A stretch of DNA of 64,000 bases, from the IMG/VR virus record IMGVR_UViG_3300026505_000002, positions 4,055 through 68,054 of that record; one strand, given 5' to 3'. Positions 58,533 through 64,000 of the stretch are shown one piece after another (positions within the stretch are counted from its first letter, which is position 1; each line of letters begins with the position of its first letter). Origin of the DNA: a virus. Lineage: Duplodnaviria; Caudoviricetes. The notes under the pieces were generated by a model, which worked only from the letters and a program-made list of their open reading frames with translations, searched no databases and was not told the origin of the DNA. Position numbers and translations under genes: made by a program.

Positions 58533-58564
58533 TATTATAATCACATATTTATTTATTAATTTAC
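58533..58564 (-). promoter_or_regulatory. class II promoter motif driving the recombination/replication genes
   Basis: GTAAA-N15-GTGATTATAATA; the GTAA overlaps the stop codon of the sigma gene. Confidence 0.6.
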
Positions 58565-59310
58565 AGGTAGTCAAGCACTTGCGAGTGATCTACCGTGTCA
58601 ATAAGCTTTTGTACAGCTTGTTTTTTTAGTTCAGAAACTCTTACATAATCAGAAGAACCTTTTATACCTAAATCTGCTGCTATTTGTTTAGCTGATAATT
58701 TTTTACCAGTCAAACCGTAACTCTTGCATAATACGTAAGATTCATCTTCTGTTAAGTATTTATTTAACAAACTAATTAAATAAGCATTTAACAACTGCTC
58801 GTTGTATGGGTCTGATTTATCTGGTATTTGATAAACCATATCTTCATTAGCCGGTGTTGCATCGATACTTAAAAATATACTATTAAAAAACATAGCAACC
58901 ATTTTTTTATCTTTACCACCATCTTTTCTTATTTGCTCCATTTTGTGTTCTGGTATACGCATTGTACCTCTATTTTTATCAATAGCTCTACGTATGCCAC
59001 CTCTTACACGTTTTGATAAAAAAGATTTTAAACTTAGTTCAATATCTTCTGAGTCTACTAATTTTTCCCAGTCTATTTTATCTATTGCTTTTATTAAATT
59101 TACATAACCTTCTTGTATTATATCTAATATAGATAAAACTCCGGATGCTTCTTGAGATGTAGCAAACTTTTTAGATATGTTTTCTACAAGCGGCATGAAC
59201 TTAACAATAAGCTCATCACGAGTATAAAAAGAATAAGACTTATCTGAAGGCATAGCTAATTTTATATCTTCTTTATGCCTTATGTAATTTTGTACATTAT
59301 ACTTTTTCAT
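58561..59310 (-). CDS. phage sigma-70 family factor
   Basis: region 2: ELIVKFMPLVENISKKF / DIIQEGYVNLIKAIDK / RVRGGIRRAIDKNRGTMRIP; region 4 HTH: LSAKQIAADLG..VRVSELKKQAVQKL. Confidence 0.85.
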   Translation of the reverse strand: MKKYNVQNYIRHKEDIKLAMPSDKSYSFYTRDELIVKFMPLVENISKKFATSQEASGVLSILDIIQEGYVNLIKAIDKIDWEKLVDSEDIELSLKSFLSKRVRGGIRRAIDKNRGTMRIPEHKMEQIRKDGGKDKKMVAMFFNSIFLSIDATPANEDMVYQIPDKSDPYNEQLLNAYLISLLNKYLTEDESYVLCKSYGLTGKKLSAKQIAADLGIKGSSDYVRVSELKKQAVQKLIDTVDHSQVLDYL

Positions 59311-59917
59311 ATTCTTTATTTAATAATTTTTTCTCTTGTTTGAGTTCTTCGCTCATGTTTCTATATATTGTTCTTGTGGTACATTTTAAAGCCGATGCTA
59401 GTTTAGGTATAGTAATTACCTCTGTTTCATGTATGTAAAGCATAGCTTCATATATGTCATCAGGTTTTATACCTTTTGCTTGGCCTATTATTTTTCCTAC
59501 TATTTGTAATTTTTCTTTAATTGATAAACCACTTGAGTCTTTAAATACTATTTTACGTAACCTGTTCTTAGGTGGATAGTCCAGATCTTGTTTATAAACA
59601 TCGGTTAATACATTTTCTAATAGTTTGCTACTTACATCAAATGTTATAAACCCATTTGGCTTATAACATATAACTTCAGCCATTTTATTAAATTTACCTA
59701 TGTCCATGTCAGGATTTAAATACCACAAAGTTAATAAATGCCATTTAAGCGATCTAATAGATGTTATCTTTGCTTTAGTATTAAATAAAGCATAATACCC
59801 ATAAGTACCATCAGCATAGTACCAACCCCAGCTATGGCTCGATGTTGGTATATCTGAAGAGTACCTACGATATATAATTCTATTATTGTTTAAATATTTT
59901 AAATTTCTTTGTGACAT
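59297..59917 (-). CDS. DNA-binding protein with C-terminal HTH (possible regulator or origin-binding protein)
   Basis: ITIPKLASALKCTTRTIYRNMS HTH; start codon inside inverted-repeat element B. Confidence 0.55.
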   Translation of the reverse strand: MSQRNLKYLNNNRIIYRRYSSDIPTSSHSWGWYYADGTYGYYALFNTKAKITSIRSLKWHLLTLWYLNPDMDIGKFNKMAEVICYKPNGFITFDVSSKLLENVLTDVYKQDLDYPPKNRLRKIVFKDSSGLSIKEKLQIVGKIIGQAKGIKPDDIYEAMLYIHETEVITIPKLASALKCTTRTIYRNMSEELKQEKKLLNKEYEKV

Positions 59918-59959
59918 TTGCCCCTTACTCTATATCCTTAGACCTATTTGTCACCCTAT
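59911..59959. promoter_or_regulatory. bipartite inverted-repeat element, copy B
   Basis: GTGACATTTGCCCCTTA-N21-TGTCACCCTAT. Confidence 0.6.
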
Positions 59960-60068
59960 CGTGTAGCGTAGCCCAGTATAATTGATGTTCATTTTTTAAA
60001 CCTCTTTGATTTATTTCTTCATTTAGCCATTTTTGGCTATAATATAATATCCAGTCCGAGTTTTTCAT
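59925..60068 (-). CDS. 47-aa hypothetical protein MKNSDWILYYSQKWLNEE...
   Basis: hand translation; fills the gap; ATGA-type overlap. Confidence 0.55.
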   Translation of the reverse strand: MKNSDWILYYSQKWLNEEINQRGLKNEHQLYWATLHDRVTNRSKDIE

Positions 60069-60289
60069 AAAAATTTTAAATGGTTTTTATATTTTAATAA
60101 TTGTTTTCTTTTTTCTAAATTAACAAGACCAGTATCCATTGCTTCTTGAAATATTTCGTTTTGCAGTTCTTGCATTCTATAAGATACATATCTTTTATGA
60201 GACAAGCATCGTCTTTTTTTCATAAATTTTTCTATCATACCTACAAATGCCCGCACCTTGTGAGTGCGAGCTAGTATTATCTTTCCCAA
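60065..60289 (-). CDS. small basic hypothetical protein
   Basis: ORF track. Confidence 0.55.
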   Translation of the reverse strand: MGKIILARTHKVRAFVGMIEKFMKKRRCLSHKRYVSYRMQELQNEIFQEAMDTGLVNLEKRKQLLKYKNHLKFL

Positions 60290-60392
60290 CTATATTTAGT
60301 TTTGTCTCTTATTTTATTTAGCTTATCAATTAGTTTGTAAGCAACGTCTTCGCTGATCTCATCAGCATAAAACATGTCATATATTAATCTTC

Positions 60393-60557
60393 TCATATTT
60401 CTTCGTCTAAACAATCTGGACATATGTCACAGAATTCATAATCTTCTTTTGTAATATCATTACCACAAATTTCACATTTGTAAAAGCCTGTGTTTGTACT
60501 AGCCCATGGCTCATCTTTTTTGACAAGCCAAGGCATATAACTTATTGGATCACTCAT
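60393..60557 (-). CDS. small zinc-finger-like protein (CEIC...CDICPDC); likely start MSDPIS
   Basis: the track's longer start overlaps the ligase gene. Confidence 0.6.
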   Translation of the reverse strand: MSDPISYMPWLVKKDEPWASTNTGFYKCEICGNDITKEDYEFCDICPDCLDEEI

Positions 60558-61407
60558 AGTTACGTAAGCATTTGTAATGTGGATGTCTGTAGCTACCAGC
60601 TTTTGTACGCTCGAAGTATGTAAATGTAGCCCATTGACCAATATAGTTATGTATATTTTCTAACATATTAGCTAGATCTTTGTAGTTATAACCTTTACCT
60701 GGTGGACAACCGAACTCTACGCCTTCATGATCTTGCATAATAAATTTACCTAGTGTACCTTCACGTTTACCTTTACCTATTTCATAGCCAACGATATGAG
60801 CTTCTGCATCGTGAAAGTCTTTAAACTTCATAAGATCCCATGATCTAGTACCTTTGTACTTGCCTTCAAACGATCTGTATATAGAGCCTTCGTAACCTAG
60901 TTTAAGGTTTTTAGCATGTAGCTTTTGTGCATCGTCAAAATCTAGAGCTACTTGAGTATCACTTATACATAAACAACTGCTAGTTCTAAACATAGCTGAA
61001 TTTTTAAGTGAGTTTACAAAATTCATACGCCAAGTGTAAGTAGCATGAGGAAAGCTAGCTACATCATATATATGATATTGTACTAGTTCTGCAGCTTCTG
61101 CTTTGTCATCATCTGTTGGTTTTTTCTTCTTTACAAGAGATATAATCTTTTCAAAGTCATCTTTTAGCCCGTGATTGTATAGCTCGCCGTCAAGAATTAG
61201 CGTAGGGTATCTGTTAAATACAGGCTTTAAATCTTTTGTTATGTGATCTACATTCATAAACTGGTTATTAGCACGAGAGAACGCGCCTTTGGCAGTAAAT
61301 AGACAGCGTACACCATCTAGTTTTGGTTGAATGAATGCTGGGTAATCTGCTTTGTCCTCATTGTATTTGTGAGCAAGCATTGCTTTAATATTTTCCACTT
61401 CCTTCAT
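60550..61407 (-). CDS. ATP-dependent DNA ligase
   Basis: QPKLDGVRC, LDGELY, YHIYD, EGSIYR, LMKFK. Confidence 0.9.
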   Translation of the reverse strand: MKEVENIKAMLAHKYNEDKADYPAFIQPKLDGVRCLFTAKGAFSRANNQFMNVDHITKDLKPVFNRYPTLILDGELYNHGLKDDFEKIISLVKKKKPTDDDKAEAAELVQYHIYDVASFPHATYTWRMNFVNSLKNSAMFRTSSCLCISDTQVALDFDDAQKLHAKNLKLGYEGSIYRSFEGKYKGTRSWDLMKFKDFHDAEAHIVGYEIGKGKREGTLGKFIMQDHEGVEFGCPPGKGYNYKDLANMLENIHNYIGQWATFTYFERTKAGSYRHPHYKCLRNYE

Positions 61408-61690
61408 TTAATTTTCTATTTATTATTTTAATTTTCTTTAGTATTATTGCAGCTTTTTCATATTCTTCTTTATCTTCAAGAATCATCATTATAGTCTGCA
61501 TCTTAGCTAATTCACCAACTAGTTTTTCTTCTTCGTTTATACCTAGCCTTTCAGTTACGTCATCTATAACATATCCGTTATTAATTAGATTTGTTATTTG
61601 ATTATGATATTCTTCGTCGGCTTGGTCTTGCTTTTCCATTATTTTGTCAAACAATAGTTGAGCTAATTTTTCTATTGCGTCGTCTTTCAT
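61385..61690 (-). CDS. helical hypothetical protein with UVR-like EEYEKAA motif
   Basis: ORF track; downstream of a class I promoter. Confidence 0.6.
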   Translation of the reverse strand: MKDDAIEKLAQLLFDKIMEKQDQADEEYHNQITNLINNGYVIDDVTERLGINEEEKLVGELAKMQTIMMILEDKEEYEKAAIILKKIKIINRKLNEGSGKY

Positions 61691-61695
61691 ATTAA

Positions 61696-61728
61696 TATTA
61701 TCTGTTAGTGTTCGTATTTAGTTTGTAT
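61696..61728 (-). promoter_or_regulatory. class I promoter motif, copy 8
   Basis: ATACAAACTAAATACGA-N8-AGATAATA. Confidence 0.7.
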
Positions 61729-61943
61729 TATACTGACTGTAACTTTTTAAGTCTTTTATTTTTTTCTTCATTACTTAAAGTATCCCAATTGCTTGGTGGT
61801 TGCCAGTCAGGTATGCTAGCTCTCATTGTAGCAAAAGCTATTCTTTCTTGGTATTTGACGGCTACATCTGATAGCTCGTCGCCTTGTTTAGTTGATAGAT
61901 CTCCTAACAACATAAACGCTTTCATTGCTTGTATATTATTCAT
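61728..61943 (-). CDS. early hypothetical protein (likely start MNNIQ at 61943)
   Basis: track start lies inside the hairpin element. Confidence 0.65.
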   Translation of the reverse strand: MNNIQAMKAFMLLGDLSTKQGDELSDVAVKYQERIAFATMRASIPDWQPPSNWDTLSNEEKNKRLKKLQSV

Positions 61944-61944
61944 A

Positions 61945-62007
61945 CCACGAAAAGCCCGTACCGTCACCTGTGGGCTTACGCCGAAGGGAAAGTACGAGCT
62001 AACGTGG
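61945..62007 (-). other. structured RNA hairpin element, copy A (terminator or RNase III-site-like)
   Basis: CCACG-TT-AGCTCGTAC-(30 nt)-GTACGGGCT-TTT-CGTGG. Confidence 0.55.
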
Positions 62008-62021
62008 AAACTAAACTACTA

Positions 62022-62294
62022 CTAATCTAACAACACGTAGTATGCTTCTGGGTTATTAACCCTAAACCAGTTTAATGCTTTATTAAATTCATTAGTTCTT
62101 TTTGGTGTAACTGTAGCAGGTGCTGATTCAAAAATCATTTGACTGCCCATTATAAAGTCGTAAAGGCTTAGTTCTAAGCCAGTTAACTCATAAGATTCAC
62201 CTGAAAAAGGATTAGTTACTTCTTCTCCTTTTTCATAAATCATACCTTTAAACCATTTAGGTTTAATCTGTTTCTTCTTCAAGTCCATGTTCAA
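62022..62294 (-). CDS. early hypothetical protein
   Basis: ORF track. Confidence 0.7.
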   Translation of the reverse strand: MNMDLKKKQIKPKWFKGMIYEKGEEVTNPFSGESYELTGLELSLYDFIMGSQMIFESAPATVTPKRTNEFNKALNWFRVNNPEAYYVLLD

Positions 62295-62700
62295 TTTTTA
62301 AATAGTTAATTTCTTCTTCTGTCATATCTAAGTCTTCATTTTCTATTATATCTTCAATATTTTCAGAAAACATTTCTAACAAACTGTCTTCAAAATAACA
62401 GTCATCATATATTCCTTCACAAATATAAAATGTTTTATCACCATATCTTATTTGTTCCATGAATGCATTTGCAAGATCGCTATCGTAATAATACACATCT
62501 TCGCAAATACTAGGGTTTCTTACATCATTAGTACATACGTAAACATCATAACCATCTGCAGTTGCTTCACTGTATATGTGGCAATCTACATTTTCAAAAT
62601 CACTAATATCATTTGATATTGATATTTCTAAGTGGTTTTTAACTAGTTCTATCATTCTAGACTCTAGTATATCTCCTTCTACTGGTATCTTATAACTCAT
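62263..62700 (-). CDS. highly acidic early protein
   Basis: D/E-rich, e.g. EDSLLEMFSENIEDIIENEDLDMTEEE. Confidence 0.65.
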   Translation of the reverse strand: MSYKIPVEGDILESRMIELVKNHLEISISNDISDFENVDCHIYSEATADGYDVYVCTNDVRNPSICEDVYYYDSDLANAFMEQIRYGDKTFYICEGIYDDCYFEDSLLEMFSENIEDIIENEDLDMTEEEINYLKIEHGLEEETD

Positions 62701-63040
62701 TGTTAATTTTTTTAATTGTGTATAAAAATAGTCTTTTTAGTCTTTCAGCTCTGTTCCATATCAACATTCTGTTGTTTCTGTCAGTTACAAACTCTCTACC
62801 ACTGTGGGTAATTGTTTTGAAAACTGTTTTATATTGTGGATTTAACTGATAACAACTGTGAAACTTCAAGTTTTTCTGTTCAGACATTAAGTATTTTCTG
62901 ATATAACCTGATTTAAATTCAGCTACAGTGTCACCTGTAGGTAATTCAAACATAGTTGTTCCATTTTTCTTTTGTCTATCGGTCGTAACATTTTTACAAC
63001 CTAACGCTTTCAATGCGTCTTCATATTTTAATTCTTGCAT
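62690..63040 (-). CDS. early hypothetical protein
   Basis: ORF track. Confidence 0.65.
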   Translation of the reverse strand: MQELKYEDALKALGCKNVTTDRQKKNGTTMFELPTGDTVAEFKSGYIRKYLMSEQKNLKFHSCYQLNPQYKTVFKTITHSGREFVTDRNNRMLIWNRAERLKRLFLYTIKKINNEL

Positions 63041-63045
63041 GTTAT

Positions 63046-63267
63046 TTATTTATTAGTTAGCCAATCACCCCATATAATGTCTCTTTGAGTTAGATCGTGA
63101 TACCATACATCGCCAAATGTACATATAGATCTTATTTCGTCGATAGTTAAGTCAGAATAACTGTGTTTTTGTTTTAGTATATCAAGTAGCCAGTTTACAG
63201 TTTTATACTCTTCAGCATTTTCTTTCATCTTAGCTTTGATATGTGGTTTAAGTCTGTCGTATATCAT
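63046..63267 (-). CDS. early hypothetical protein
   Basis: ORF track; downstream of a class I promoter. Confidence 0.7.
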   Translation of the reverse strand: MIYDRLKPHIKAKMKENAEEYKTVNWLLDILKQKHSYSDLTIDEIRSICTFGDVWYHDLTQRDIIWGDWLTNK

Positions 63268-63272
63268 ATTTG

Positions 63273-63305
63273 TATTATCTTATAGTGTTCGTATTTAGTT
63301 TGTAA
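63273..63305 (-). promoter_or_regulatory. class I promoter motif, copy 9
   Basis: TTACAAACTAAATACGA-N8-AGATAATA. Confidence 0.75.
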
Positions 63306-63492
63306 TTTGTTTCTTAGTCATAGACTTTACTTTATCTATTAACTCTTTTGACACATTAGTGTAGAAACCAGGTGCAAATATTGATCTTTTACCTTCTTTT
63401 TCTGCTTCTAATATATCTTTTTCTACTTGTATTATGTAGTAGTTGAGCGCTTCTACTATAAGATGTGACTCCATTCCGTTAAATTTCTTCAT
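63295..63492 (-). CDS. early hypothetical protein
   Basis: ORF track; stop lies within the promoter motif. Confidence 0.65.
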   Translation of the reverse strand: MKKFNGMESHLIVEALNYYIIQVEKDILEAEKEGKRSIFAPGFYTNVSKELIDKVKSMTKKQITN

Positions 63493-63830
63493 TATTTTAA
63501 GTTTTTTAGTAGTTTATGTATTATTTTACCATGATTTTCATGATAAAACTCGAACCATTCATCTTCAAATAGTTCTAAGCCTGCTTCAGTTAAGTATTCT
63601 GTTGAGTCAAACACATAGTGATCATTCATTTCATCACAAACAGCTTGAAATATTAAGTCGTACATGTGACCATCTAACTTTTCTACTATTGTTTCAACGG
63701 TTTTATCTACATCTGCATGAGAAAAAGGATTTTTATAAAAGTTTTCACCTTTTAATTCTCGCGCACTTAGTTCAACAGCTTGTTTATACTCTTTCGAGTT
63801 CATTATTTCATTTAGTGTCCTATTTTTCAT
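63492..63830 (-). CDS. acidic early hypothetical protein
   Basis: ORF track. Confidence 0.65.
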   Translation of the reverse strand: MKNRTLNEIMNSKEYKQAVELSARELKGENFYKNPFSHADVDKTVETIVEKLDGHMYDLIFQAVCDEMNDHYVFDSTEYLTEAGLELFEDEWFEFYHENHGKIIHKLLKNLK

Positions 63831-63846
63831 ATTTATTTAGTTTATC

Positions 63847-63883
63847 TACCACGAAAAGCCCATACCGGTTAAGTATGAGCTGA
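63847..63883 (-). terminator. hairpin element, copy B (terminator or RNase III-site-like)
   Basis: AGCTCATAC-TTAACCG-GTATGGGCT-TTTCGTGGTA after an upstream TAA. Confidence 0.6.
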
Positions 63884-64000
63884 CCTTATTTTAAATTGTA
63901 AGGCACCATGTTCGTCAGTTGTTTGTCAACTTGTTATGTAAGTTAAGCCTTTGTAGTTAAACCAGCTTGTATATTCGTCTGGTATATTATTAATAGTATA

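Noticed and set aside
61945-62007. Self-cleaving ribozyme (hammerhead, pistol, HDV/theta)
   Set aside because: I could not identify the conserved catalytic cores (for example CUGAUGA/GAAA or the nested double pseudoknot); an Infernal search would settle it
1-64000. Alternative genetic code (stop-codon reassignment)
   Set aside because: Long genes are intact under code 11, and TAA, TAG and TGA all terminate well-packed genes

Overview
This window covers most of a low-GC dsDNA tailed phage genome, podovirus-like, with a host inferred to be marine Bacteroidota/Flavobacteriia (AT-rich, Shine-Dalgarno-less start regions; GNVGIGT-repeat fibres). There are two divergent arms. (i) A minus-strand early/replication arm (1-2.7 kb and 49.7-64 kb, probably contiguous across the window ends) carries small host-takeover ORFs, DNA ligase, a sigma-70-like factor, Erf, a RecE-like exonuclease, SSB, primase-helicase, a T4 gp42-like dCMP hydroxymethylase, NTP pyrophosphatases, a resolvase-like endonuclease and class II RNR. 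(ii) A plus-strand late arm (3.0-49.6 kb) carries fibres, GroEL/GroES, lysis genes, terminase, portal, scaffold, major capsid, tail genes and a 3041-aa virion/ejection-type polyprotein. Main discoveries from reading the sequence: two distinct phage promoter classes (9 copies of TTACAAACTAAATACGA-N8-RGATAATA in the early arm; about 6 copies of GTAA-N16/17-GTGATTATAATA) matched by two sigma-like modules, one embedded in the giant virion protein; a lambda-type G GGA AAG -1 frameshift site; a 45-nt anticodon-less tRNA-elbow mimic; a cytosine-modification module; a duplicated GTGACA..TGTCAC operator; twin covarying hairpins; a 12-aa four-cysteine micro-ORF; and an HExxH peptidase plus a family of basic proteins sharing short Pro motifs. 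All functional calls come from motif recognition by eye; no database searches were run.
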